NCBI GenBank assembly: GCA_034780895.1
Contig: JAUZTB010000027.1
Span: 32,178,092-32,242,091, forward strand
Direction of reading: 5' to 3'
DNA from: Rhynchobatus australiae
Lineage: Eukaryota
Length of the DNA stretch: 64,000 nt
The notes under the pieces are model-generated. The model did not search any database. It saw only the letters and a program-made list of their open reading frames with translations, and had not been told where the DNA came from. Positions 36,201 through 49,128 of this stretch are shown piece by piece (position 1 is the first letter of the stretch; the number at the start of each line of letters is the position of its first letter). The translations under genes and the position numbers were made by a program.

Positions 36201-39200
36201 CTCCCTGACTTCTTTTTCCATCTGGAGTAAAACTGAAAGTAGGTTGGCTTCACTTTGTGTAAAACTACAGGTCCGTCATTCAGACCACGAATACTTGAAA
36301 TCATCTGAAGCACAGAATAAAGGCACAGTACAAGTTGAGCTCTGAACCTTGACAGTTGCTTTTAAAATATTGAGTATTGGATTAGACAAGNNNNNNNNNN
36401 NNNNNNNNNNNNNNNNNNNNNNNNNNNNNNNNNNNNNNNNNNNNNNNNNNNNNNNNNNNNNNNNNNNNNNNNNNNNNNNNNNNNNNNNNNNNNNNNNNNN
36501 NNNNNNNNNNNNNNNNNNNNNNNNNNNNNNNNNNNNNNNNNNNNNNNNNNNNNNNNNGAATCTAATGCATCTCAAAGACAATTAATAATAATGGTTAGTG
36601 TCAAAGTCATCCTCAAGCATTCAAAGAAGGAGGAATTTTGTTTTCTTTTGTGTGTAACTAAAGAAATTGATTTTTAATAGGTATATACTTTATTACATCA
36701 TAGCAGCAAGTAGAACATGTTATATTGGTAGCAGTTGATAGATGAAAAATAATGGACGCCAGTTTATCATGGGTGATTCTTACTACTAGGAATTGCAAAG
36801 CTATACAAATTTGTGAAAATATCTACCAAAATGGTGACTGGGCTAAATTATGAAATTAACAAAGAATCGAACTACATGGGCTAATTAAATCAAAATTTCT
36901 CCTTTTGTAACTGTATTTTCTGTACAAGATTCTGATGTTTGAGTAAAATTGAACTCGAATAAGTTTGTAACTAAATTAAGCAACCATCCTTCAATTCTCT
37001 TGCTAGCTACAGATAAAATTTAGATGGAACAGTTCTTTTTTTACAGCAGTGGCATAGGTAATGTGTTAATGGGCATTAAGTCTTGCATTCAAAGGAAAAT
37101 TCCTATGTAATTTTAATTGTTGCATATTCTCATATCAGTCATTTAAGTCGCCTTTATTTTTATGTTGTGGCAATGTCTCCAGTGACATAACTAAGTAAAT
37201 AACTTTTAAGCTGCATTTCCATTCCTCTAGAGATGCCTTTCATGATGCAAGTGAAATGTCTCTTCTCAGCATGCCAACAGCAATTTGAAATCAAATATGA
37301 ATAAGGAATTATTGAGTTAGGCCAGACAGTGTGCAGAAATATTTCTCTGTGAAATTTGGAATTATCTGGCATTTTAACAGAGTAGAAAGGCTGTTAATTC
37401 AAAATTAGGCTTTCCTTTCACTTCAACTGAATTGGGATAAAATTTTATTTTGGAATCACTCCAGCTGGAATGTTTGCCAAGTTATCCTGTTTCTTTTTGA
37501 ATGGGATCAAATCCAAATCAATAGCCAATTAATCAGTGTAAACTGGGTTCATGACTCAGTAGTTTAAGACTAACTATTATAATGCCTCCAATTGTAAATA
37601 ACAATAGCCATCATACCTGATTTAGTCAATGTTGATTGAAGCTAAAGTCAAGAAAATTGCAGAAAATTCTGACCTTGGTAACAACTATAATTGAGACCCT
37701 GTTGTCTTGGTTCATATTTATGACAACAATGAGAATTTAGATCAGTTAGAATTCTTCAAAGGACTACATTATGAAAGAAAACAGCTTTCAATAATGGCCT
37801 AATACCTGGTCATATATTCAGCATTATGTCCTTTATCTATCCCAGAAAAAAAGTCTGGAGTTACAATGCAAGTATTATTTTCTTTGACTGAATGTACCCT
37901 AATCTTTCCTGAATTCTCCTCTTTACTCATACGATCTTCTTCTTTTCACAAACTGAAGATTTTAGTTTTATTTAACTAAATAGTGCTCCAATTATTTGAA
38001 TTGTTTAGAAGGCAAACACAAAGGATTTCATTTGAAGTATTGATGACAGTCTCTTTCAGGTGAGCTAATAGAAATTCCATGTTGATATCAGCATGTTTTT
38101 GTAAGAAGATAAAATTCCGTATTACAAATTCAATGTCCCAATAAAATTTTAGATAGCATCACTTCCTTTCTTGCTATAAATTTGATTATTTTTCCACCCC
38201 TGATCTAAACATACCGTTCAAATTTCTGTTACAATTCTGTCCCAAAGCAAATCCCTACTGACATGGAACATCTTACAGATATAAAGTAGAGATGCTTTAT
38301 TAGATCCATTTAGTTAGAACATAATTATTAAATTATTTCTCTCCTGATGAAATTCTACTTCTTTTACAAAGCTACAAGATCTTCTTTATAATGCAATCAA
38401 AGTGCATGTCCATGACTAATCAGCCTAATCAATAATATAGTCAATTTAACTATGCAGGACTGGTCATTATTCATGATTCATCTTGAAACAAACTGCACGC
38501 TCTACTGGACTAGACAGAAACCTCCAAAATAATTAGAGTCTAAAGGCATTTTGATTAAAGAAAAGGTTGGTTTGATTAGGTCATAGTCTATCTGTAGCAG
38601 ATGATGTCAACGTGTGTCTAAAAAAAGCAAAAATATGTGAAAATCTGCTACAGTGAAAAGCCATCACTTACTAGTGAAGCACCCACAAGCAACATTATAG
38701 CCAATTTAATTTANNNNNNNNNNCCAATCTATAACTTGCAGCTATAGAGCAGAAGCAATCCAAAATGATGTACATTAGTCAGAGTACATCACAAGAAGGA
38801 GACACAACAGTCTCGTGCTGGGGAATAGGCAGAGGAACAAAATACAACATCAGAAGCTGGAGCTTTAAAAAAAACAGGACACTCACAGCATTTGAGAACA
38901 ATTGATGGAAATCATGCCAGGATTAAACTGTTGAGATCTGCTCTTTTTAAATGGACAAAACATGGAATGTAAATGATCAGCAGGTGTGTAATATTTGATA
39001 GATTCTCCTGTCCCACAGCCTGGGACTCATGGATCAACAGTGCACGGTCAATGCAGGAAAATCAGGCTGGGAGGGAGACCATTTGCCGATTACAAACTCC
39101 CGAATGGGTTGTGTTGTGGGACTGCTCTTCTGCTATCAGCTTTTCAGTGCTTGTTGCAATCAACAGCCCCAGGTTATGGAAGGAAATCTACTCCTATACC

Positions 39201-40794
39201 TTGCATTAGACCAGAAAGGACAACTAACCAAAGCAGGTGATTGAACAATATGAAACTTCTCCCTACTTTTCAAAGATTCACAATGATCTCTTCCAAAATA
39301 TTAGTCCAACATTGATTGATAAATATTCAATGTGTCCCAAAGCACACAAATTCTTTAGATATTTTGTTATTCATTTTCATCTTTATTATTATTTTGATTT
39401 GATTTTCAAACTTACCGAGTTTCCATTTCAGCCTTTTTGTTCAACAGGTAGTGGTTTGCAGAGCCAAGAGTGTCAAAACTCCTCCAGTATATTTTGCCAG
39501 GGGACATAAGTGTTGACAACCTGCTCAACCATAAGAAGGATCACAACAGAGCAAAACTGCAACCATAGGATGAAGCATATTATGAACAAGTTTCAGAGTG
39601 GATTAGGGGGAAAAAAAATCATCCCTCTTCATGGAATATGTGGTTTCAATTCCCATACAAAATTGCTTGTGATTTTTTAAAAATTGACACTCATAAACTG
39701 GAAAAAGATGAATGTTTAGTTACAAACAGCATTATAATGGATATGGTAGAAATCATACCCTAGATGCAAGGAAGGCAGGCAATCAAAATGAATTAACATT
39801 TTTTGCAAGATTAGATAAATAGTGTGGAATGTCATTCTTTTTTAACATGGGCTCAGGACAGATTCCAGGAAGAACTCTGCAAAGCCATTCACCCGGAAAT
39901 TTAATGGGTTAGGCAGATTGTCCGTGGTTATGCAAGATAGGTTAAAAATGAGTCAGGCTACACTGAAGTCATATTTTTTGCATTCTCCTTTTGCATGTTT
40001 GAATGATTCAAGAAGATATAAAAAAGTGGCTATTTAGCCCACATCCTTAAATCAGATTGAGGAATGAGATCCACGCTTTCTTCTTACTCCTCCCCTAAAA
40101 TCAAACCTCGATTTCTTGGCTGTTCTCAGAAATCTTAAAAATAAAATATTTCCTCTTTAAATACATAGTTTCAGGTCATTTATCTCAAGATGGCCACAAT
40201 TAAATAAAGGTTTTTATATCTTGATTAGACAGGCTGTAATATCAATATACACCTTTGGTTCTGTTGTAGTTCTTTGATAATGCATACAATTAAGACTTAA
40301 TATGAATTTTTTGATCAGGCATGTTAAAATTGTGCAAACAATCTTTTTTAAGATTAGAAAATGAATAAGTTTGTAACTCTTTTCACTAAAAATAGGGCTC
40401 TCAAAATATTTGAGCAAAGGGTTATTCATTTCTAAAAAAACATATTAATGCAATGGCCAGATACCAACTAAGCAGTCAAAAAAAAAATCACAGCTCCAAA
40501 AATCCTAAGTGCTTATGACTGAATTTATTTAATGCTGATATATAATTACAAATAGGGTGTGCCAAACAAGGAATGGTTTACTGAAATTGGCCAGTAAGCA
40601 TGATTTGTTCTCAGACCTCACCCTGTTACAATAAGAAAACTTCTGTGGGTTATCATTACTCAAACAGAAGCAATAAAACTGTCTGATTATCATTCTTTAA
40701 ATCTCACATTGCAGAGAAAAATGTAATGTTCTCAGTGGACTGAAATTTCATCATTATTTGGCTCCCTAAAAACTTGGCATGTTTGTTCAGACAG

Positions 40795-40995
40795 TGAATA
40801 GCTGAGCTACCAGACCAGCAAGATCTTTGGTCCATGCTCAGTTAGTTAATCTCAGTATTGACATCAGGAAAAAGAAATAGGCAAAGGCTTCCATTCTTAA
40901 TGTGTATGTGTGTTAACTTCAGTTCAAGCTCTTCTGTCATGCAGCCAATAATGAATAGCCATCCACCTAACAATCCCAAGATTCATCAATGAAAA
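40795..40995 (+). mobile_element. LF-SINE-like relic
   Basis: ctgagctaccagaccagcaagatc..ggtccatgctcagttagttaatctcag resembles the recalled ctgagccatacagaccaggaaggtc..ggtctgtgctgagttagctgatctcag. Confidence 0.45.
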
Positions 40996-41664
40996 CTGTG
41001 GAGGTACTTAAGGATAACTATGCCAACAAAAAAAAACTATATCTCTGCAAGTAATTAACACCTCAGAAGAGGAAAGGTGATTTGGTAACTCAACAGATAA
41101 ACAAACTTGCCTTAAAAAAAATCTTGTAAGTTTCCATTCCAGAAAGTGATTTAAAGATATCTTAGATTGTGGCATGAATTTCCATCCAACCTGTTCTTGA
41201 TCCCTATGCTGACTCCTACTGCTGTATTTAATGTGACAGGAGGTTTGGATTAAGCTCCTTCCAATACTTGGCAGGTGAGTTGGCAGAGGTTTTCTGTGAT
41301 CTGACAGGAAGTGAACCTCTAGGGGTGGCACTGTTCCATTTTCATTCTCTGAATAAGACAAAACTTCTGCTGGTACATGATGAGCAGGCTCATGTCCAGA
41401 AAAAAACTACAAAACTCCACTTAACCCAACTAGTGAGTTTGTCTGAGAGCTGAGACCCATGTTTGAGATTGTGATCTCAATGTAAACTTGAAATCATCCA
41501 AAACTACGTTACCACTGCACTAAATTAATTTAAAGAATAATTGAGTTGTAAACAAAATAATTAAAAATATATTCTATTACTTCATTTATACTCGAGGAAG
41601 TGTAAATATTGATAACCCTTTGTACTTTAACCTATCCTGGCTTCTGGTTAAGCAATACTTCAAC

Positions 41665-41992
41665 CTTAAAATCTCAGCCCTTTTTCAAAACTTTCTAGAC
41701 CTTGCATTCCATATCCCTAACCTTCTCTAGCCTAAAAACCCTCCACATTATCTGTCCTCCAATTCTAGCCTCCTGAGCTCCACCATTGGCAGCCATCCTT
41801 CTGCTACTAAAAGTCTAAATTCTCAAACTCCCCCTTTAAACCAATCAACTCGCTCTCCTCTTTTAAGGCTTTCCTTACAACTGACCTCCATGACCTCTGC
41901 CCTAACATTTCAAATTGAGTTTGATAATGCTTCTGTAAAGTGAGTTTGGATGTCTTGTTAGTCAAAAGGCACTATACAAATGTAAGTTGTTG
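41665..41992 (+). mobile_element. Old L2-like LINE 3' end
   Basis: ctccaattctagcctc..ctccaccattggcagccatccttc..., tail gcttctgtaaagtg..aaaggcactatacaaatgtaagttgttg. Confidence 0.65.
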
Positions 41993-43479
41993 TATGGTCG
42001 CTGTACTTCATGTCCAATGTTGGGATTGGATGCATATTTCAGCAAAAAAATAAATACTATTTAATAATAAAAGGATACAATCCACATATATATATGAACT
42101 TGTAATTGTACTTCCTAAAATTAGCCAACACTGAATACTAAAACAGAAGTTATTAAAATATTAGGAACCACACCTCATCAGCTGCTTTTCCAGTAAAATG
42201 ACACAGGTCAAGTTAAGTTGAGTTCACAAGGCTCCAAGGCTGCAGCTGTTTGCAGTTGATACTGTGGCAAATCAGGTTTCTGCTCTTGATTTCAGAAACT
42301 GAACATGAAGTTACAGTAAAATTGCTGATCGCAATACCATGTTTATCATGGTGATCCCTTTAAGGGAATATTCATGGTTTGTTTGACTCCTGCAGGGCCC
42401 TTTAGTCTTATTATACAGTATGGTACTCAAGAGCTAAAACAGAAAATTAATCAGATTTCAGTTGCAACCAGAAGCACAACTCTTCACTTATACTTATGGT
42501 AACCCAGCAGAAAGGAGCACAGTCTTGATTTGAAAGGATTCACCAAAATGCATGTGGTGGAAATTTAATAGCTTTAAATGCTTGCAAACACAAAGGCGAC
42601 CAATAATTATTACTTCACGTAGGGGATTAGCTCAGCAAGAGACCAATGAGTCATTCTAAATAACAAATTATAAACCTTTTAATTGCTCATTGCAATTGTG
42701 GATTTAAAAAATGTGTTTTTCTGCAAAATATGAACCACTCTTTATGACTGCTGACTTACTATAGATATGCTAACATCAATTAGGATTTAATTTTATTAAC
42801 TCTTTGTAATGGCAAGTGAGTTTGCATGAGATCCCTGTGTGAAATTTCCCATTCCTTGCCCAAATATAATCATTCAAATACATTTGTGTATAAAATGTTA
42901 ACAACTTTATCTAAAAAAGTATGAGCACAATTGAAATTATAATGAAATGATAGGGAGGGTAACTATCGTCTTGCCATTTCTGATGTTGGATTTGCAGCAT
43001 AGTGCTTTTGCTGACCCTCATCAACCATTGGGTACTGCTCATCTATTATCCCCATATAACCTTGCCACTTTCAATCATTCAGTTCTACAGTTCTAAAGTC
43101 ACAATTGATCTGGTACTATATTAGTACTTTTTTTTTAAGATGACAATACAAATAAGCCTGAATGCCTCGTTCATTTTTCCTGGTTGAAGCAGTCCAGAGG
43201 CAAGTATAAACTAAAGTAAGCCTTATTTTCCACTCCGGTTAAAAGATAATAAACATGACCTAGAAATAGGATACTCTACCAAATCCACTGAGTCATGTAG
43301 GCAGGGTTATTATATTTATTTAGTCCCTTCAACAAATATCCTGGTAGCATTCACTACAGCTAAAAATGTATTCTAATTTTCCATTTATACTTAAAGAAAT
43401 AAATAGATCATCACCACTTTGCATAATAACCTACATTGGTTCTTGGTTAAACAACATGTCAATTTAAACTTGCCAACCC

Positions 43480-43741
43480 ATTTCAGATCCTTCAGTTGAC
43501 TTAGATCCCCCTCCCTCTGTGGTCTTTTCAATCCTAACAAACTCCAAAATATCTGTGCTGCCTCATTTCCGGAGCCTTACGCATTCATAAATACAAATAT
43601 TCCCATCACCAGTGGCCACGGCTTCATCTGTCAAGGATCTAAACTCACAAATTCATTCCCTAAATATCTGCATATCTCCATCTCTCCTCCTTCTTCTAAG
43701 ACACCCCTTAAAATCAGTACCTTATACTATGCTTTTGGTCA
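43480..43741 (+). mobile_element. Old L2-like LINE fragment
   Basis: catcaccagtggccacggcttcatctgtcaagg..aattcattccctaaa..ccccttaaaa..gcttttggtca, homologous to the 3627 and 41665 copies. Confidence 0.55.
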
Positions 43742-44107
43742 GTTTAACTATGTCTGTAGCTATCTATAGTTATGTTGAAAGAACATTTGCAAAGTTTGTT
43801 GGCCCAAAGTTTCCTGAATAAAATTCAAGAGTTCCATACTGAGCTGCTGACATTCGCCTCTGTAACTGAGGAAGTTGGGGACTTCAGTGCACAATCCAGA
43901 AGTCCCAGGTTTCCTCACAGTTGATAGTCACCATCTTGCTAATGAATCCACAGACAATTGGATTCCGCTCATTGCCAACAATGGAGGGCCGACATCTGCA
44001 GCTTCCCAGCCTTTATCCCAAAAAATTTGCCGATGGAACTTATGACAACCTGGCGCAGGCTCAGGTAACAATTCATTTCAATGGCAAGGAATGGCTGTGA
44101 AGGACCT

Positions 44108-44623
44108 GGTAGCCCCATTTTAGGAAGGATATGGTGGCTATGAAGAGGGTGCAGAAGAGGTTTACCAGGATGCTGCCCAGATTAGAGGGCATGTGCTCTA
44201 AGGAGAGGTTGGACAAGCTTGGGTTGTTTTCTCTGGAGCGGTGCAGGCTGAGGGGAGACCTGATAGAAGTTCATAAAATTATGGAAGTCATAGATATTAT
44301 GGACAGCTGGTATATTTTTCCCAGGGTTGAAACGTCCAATACTACAGGGCATGCATTTAAGGTGAGAGGGGATGTGTGGGGCAGATTGTCTTGAGAGCTG
44401 TGGGTGCTTGGAATGTGCTGCCAGAGGTAGTGGCGGAGGCAGATATGATAGAGGTGTTTAAGAGGCTTTGAGATAGACACATGAATGTACAGAAAATGGA
44501 GGGATATAGATGGACTGTATGCAGGCAGAAGGGATTAGGTTCCATTAGCTTAATTAGTTCAGCACAACATTGTGGGTCAAAGCGCATGTTCCTGTGGTGT
44601 ACTGTTCTAGGTTTTATGTTCTA
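44108..44623 (+). mobile_element. 5'-truncated CR1 (HER1-like) LINE
   Basis: ORF 44131-44394 RVQKRFTRMLPRLEG..ERLDKLGLFSLERCRLRGDLIEVHKIM, then the 3' tail cagcacaacattgtggg..gttcta. Confidence 0.93.
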
Positions 44624-45257
44624 AGGAGACAGATGAATTTCAGGCAACTTACATTTTTTTGTATTTAATTGAGTTAAATGTTTCCTATATTCCATATGTT
44701 TAGATTTCAATTTTTAAAAATTTGTTTTTGTTTTATAATAGTACCATTGACTTTTTTTTTGAAACTTCTGAATGTTTGTCAATGCTAGTAGTATAGTGGG
44801 TGTGTCCTAGTTTGCCACACCCAGTAAACTCCCAAATAAAATTTATAACTTCTAGAAGAATCCTAAGCTCACTATCAGTGATTTGTTAAACTCTGCAAAA
44901 AAAAAACCAAATCAATACAAATTGGTGTTTTTCTAAATGTGCATTTATTGGATTTTGTTTGTGCATGTGCCAGCATAATTATCATAATAGAAATGGAATG
45001 TGGAGGTGGAGGAATCTTCAGGGTATAGATTTTCCACTGACTACTGATTTTATTTCTAAGTTTCTTCCATCAGTGCATTATCAGGAATGTGTTTGCTATG
45101 AAATTGCCTTCTCCATTCTCCACCACCTTTTCCAATTATCTATCATTCCCTGACAATCTAGAATGGTAGGAATATCAGATGCACAGAGAGAATCACTCTC
45201 ATCAGATTTTCTGAGTTCATTTTGATGAAGTCTTTGATATCAGACACATTCAACTAC

Positions 45258-45573
45258 ACAGCAGCAAAGTGATCAGCACTGCTGCCTCAGCTCCAGAAAC
45301 CTAGGTTTGGTCCTGGGCTTGATGCTGTCTGTACTAAATTTGCACATTCTCCCTGTGACTGCATGGGTTTCCACTGTGTTCCAACATCACAAAGAGGGAG
45401 TGGTTTGTAGATTAATTAGCTACTTTAGTTGGTCCTGGTATAGATGAGTGGCAGGAAAATCTGTAAAGGTCGGTGGGAGGGGGAATGATGGGAATACAAG
45501 GAGGGAAATGCAATGGGTAAGTGACTGGTTCAGATATAGTGGGCTTAAGGGTCTGTTTCCATGCTGTATGACT
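45258..45573 (+). mobile_element. HE1-like V-SINE
   Basis: gctgcctcagctccagaaacctaggtt.., tttgcacattctccctgtgactgcatgggtttcc, CR1-type tail gggtctgtttccatgctgtatgactc. Confidence 0.85.
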
Positions 45574-46554
45574 CACAGTATGAATATATCTCATCCTCCG
45601 TATCAGTAAAAATCTACAAATTCATTATCCACATGGGAAATTTCCTGTCTCCGTATCTAAATGTGCACAAATAGAAGCTGCATTGCTCTCAAGTCTGACA
45701 ATGAATTTCTTCCAAGGGCAAGCGCAGTTGAAATTAATAGAGATCTAAATTCTGACTATCCTCATTTCACTTTCATTGTGATTCAACTGTAGATATTACT
45801 CGATCAGGGATTCTAGCTGATCTGTAGACTCAGCTACATTTATCTACTCATCCCCCAACATATATTACATTATGCCCAGAGGAAACCTTTGTATTAACCT
45901 CAATTTATAAAGTACCGCCTTGATGTTTAAAACTTTTCACAAAGACATATTTTGCATAAAAACACACATTTCATAACTCTTTAATAAATAACTTGGTGAC
46001 TCAACTCATTTTAACCAAGTTCATTTACTTGTATTTTTTGTTAGAAATAGTGCTGTAATTATAGCAAATAGCTTTACTTTTAATGTGAAAGTAACAGAAA
46101 CTTCGATTTGCAGGAAAGTTCTAACTTATAATGCAGTATTATGAAGGAGTGGATAATGATTCAGTTGTTCACAAGTTGGGCTATTTGTATCCTTCTCAAA
46201 TCAATCAAGACAAATTCGCTCAACTGATCTGAATTTATGGTTTCTTGAACTTGTCCTATCCTAAGAGGCCATGCAAATGCTCCACCTTGCTGTTTGAGGT
46301 ATTCATGGACAAAATTAATAATTAACACAGGAAACCTAATCTAATTTACTCAACTAAATATTTCAAAAGATGCTAGGACAATATTTATAGTATTTCATTT
46401 TTATCTTAAAATATCTGTATGCTCTTATCTTTAACATTTAATATAATGTTTATGAAGGTAACTACACATGTTTTTCCCTCTCTGTTTTGCTGAAAGTTCA
46501 TTGTGTTTGGCTGCTTAGCCAACAATGACATCACATGTGGACAGGGTGTCACCC

Positions 46555-46635
46555 CAAAATCTTAACTCTGTCTTTATTTCCATAGGTGCTGTTCAGCCTA
46601 TTGAGTATTTTTAGCATTTTTCATTTCACTTCAGA
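46555..46635 (+). mobile_element. Penelope-like terminal relic
   Basis: ttaactctgtctttatttccataggtgctgttcagcctattgagtatttttagcattttt, a decayed copy of 46915-47010. Confidence 0.5.
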
Positions 46636-46914
46636 TCCAAATTATTTTGACTTTTGTATCGTTGACAGCTGTTGGACACCAGAGATTCCTTTGAACTGTT
46701 GCCTGACAGCATTCAGAATCAGAAAAGGAGAGGCCCGTATGAAAGATCTGTAGATCCTGATGGGCAGCTTCCTTTGATGTCAGTGGCTTGTGTTGTATTT
46801 CACTCACGGCCACAACATCTGGGCTATTGTGATATGCTGGTAATTTCACCTGCCATGCTTCATAGATAAATGGCAAGTGGGAGCAAGGCACTATTGCAGT
46901 TTAGAGGAAATGTT

Positions 46915-47010
46915 TCTAGTTCTGATGAAGGATCATTAACCTGTTAACTCTGTTTATCTCTCCACAGATGCTGCCTGATCTCCTGAGTATTTCCAGTACT
47001 TTCAGCTTTT
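46915..47010 (+). mobile_element. Penelope-like terminal relic with partial hammerhead motif
   Basis: gttctgatgaaggatcattaacct-gttaactctgtttatctctccacagatgctgcctgatctcctgagtatttccag. CTGATGA present, GAAAC absent. Confidence 0.65.
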
Positions 47011-49077
47011 ATACAAGTAGAAATAGTAATCAAGATCAGTTAGGTGGATTTTCTCAACCTCCTAAGAAGTGTATCAAGAATAATAGAGTAAAGCCTGGGG
47101 CATGGGAATCAACTGGGCACGTAGACTAGACCTGAAACTGAATTGAAAAAAAAAATTCAGAAATATGTGTATTTGCTTAAGCAATTTTCTCCATTATATG
47201 TGTTCAGTCTCCTTTTTCCTGGGAATGAATCCAATTTTCAAAATAATTACTTTTTTTTGCTTTCAAATAAATTCCACTAATATAAACTGGACTAGAAATT
47301 TATTCTCAATCATTTGTGTGAAACACGCAACATAGACATTCCATCTCCAGAATCTGTGTCCACTGACTTCAAAGGAATTGAGTATTAGAAGTGGATTGCA
47401 ACACTGCTACTTCTCCTTTGCATATTTAGTGCAAGTGACCGAGGACAATTTCTACCCCACACTTTTTGTGATGTCTTCTTTATTAACCTTAACCCTTTTT
47501 CAACCAACTATTGAGTTAGCCATCACTCGACAATACTATTTTCACCACTTGAGCAATTAAATCCGATTATCACCTTTCTACTTCAAGCTGAATCAGGACT
47601 CAGCCTGCCATGATGAATGAAAACATTGAGAGCTATAAGAAATGTCTGCTGCAGCTGTATATTGGAAAGACTGCTGGGAAACACATACCGGTTTCAAACC
47701 AACCACTGTTTATGTTATTCCTATCATTGCATTTTCAAGCCAAGTCTGAAGTACTTTAAAGGCAGTTTTGTTTCCATTTTCAGTATTGCACAGTGCACTG
47801 CTGGCCTTGCATTCAATCTCACTTTCACTCCAGTAAAATATTGTAAGTATGTAAACAAGACCTTGGCTTCTTTAATATATTAACTAAAAATTAAGAATGT
47901 GACCAAAAAGTAGAGAAAAAGAGAAATATTCAGAAGATTCAATCTTGCCTCTGCATGTGTGATGTAATTAAATGATTGTGAACTTTAAAGAACTTGACCT
48001 GAAGGATAAACAAGGGAAGTGTTGCCCTGAATGTGGCCTCTTTGAAAGTACTTGACTGTGTAGGTAATCATTTCAGGTTCCAGTATGGGCAATAAAACAG
48101 AAGTCCACATAAATCTGTTCAGGCTTATTATTTAAAAAGTAGTGACCCCAGTAAAGGACACTGCACCAGTGTTACATTCCCAGCCATCCAAGAAATTCGT
48201 GCCAGAATAAGAGAAGATTGTAGATGAAATCAGTGTAAAGTGGCCGAGCCTTCAGGGAATCAGGTAATCCTGATGACTATTCTGTGTTTATTTTGCTAAA
48301 CTATGTTAAAGAATGGGTTAAATATAATGACAAGGGTTTTATTTAAATTCCCGCATTAAATTATTCTTATAAAACCTTCCTCAATATAAACTCAAATACA
48401 GTTATTTTATCTCATCTACAGGATATACAACTAAAGAGAGCATGAGGCTAAATTCACCAGCTGTTGACAATGGACGTGGGATCCTGATGTGTGATTAACC
48501 TGTGACCATTGATTGCAGTGCTGTTTCTCTCCGAGGTTCAGGTAGGAAATTTGGTTCCTGTACTCGCTGAGTGGAGTTTCCCTCTTTCTCATGACCTGCC
48601 CCTCCTCCTGTACTGCACTGTGTGTCCCACCTCATTCTTCCAGTTGGGACAGATTTCAGAGGGAATGCCTATTGTGCCTATATCTAAGAGAAAACACCTT
48701 GCACAGAAATCTTGAAATTGGTAAGATATTCTAAAGCATGGTTGCCTGTAGACATTTACAAGGTTAAATAAAATGTACTGTTGGATCGTAGCAATAGCTG
48801 AAATATCAACTGGCAAAAATCTGCAAGCAATGAATGATCCCAGGGAGTAATTCCCACCACTCATATTATGTTTTGTCATTCAGAGGGGGGCACTGGCTGG
48901 AGCACGAGTTCCAAAACATCAGCCTGGCTTCACATCCTTGCCACACACTGAGATTATGATCTGTCTGGTCCACTTTTCTGCTGGATGATCACTGCCTGCG
49001 TGCACTAACATCTTCGCCAAATGGTGATGGACACAATTTACCCAACGCATGCACGCGCAGACACTGTTGGGCACTTG

Positions 49078-49128
49078 TAGCACCTCAATAATGCACATTA
49101 GCACCTCAATAATGGGCATTAGCACTTC
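49078..49128. repeat. 21-bp tandem repeat, ~2.4 copies
   Basis: tagcacctcaataatgcacat / tagcacctcaataatgggcat / tagcacttc. Confidence 0.85.

Noticed and set aside
41314-41332. CTCF-like cctctaggggtggcac (also cagaggggggcac at ~48881)
   Set aside because: Spacing or core positions do not fit CCASYAGRKGGCRS
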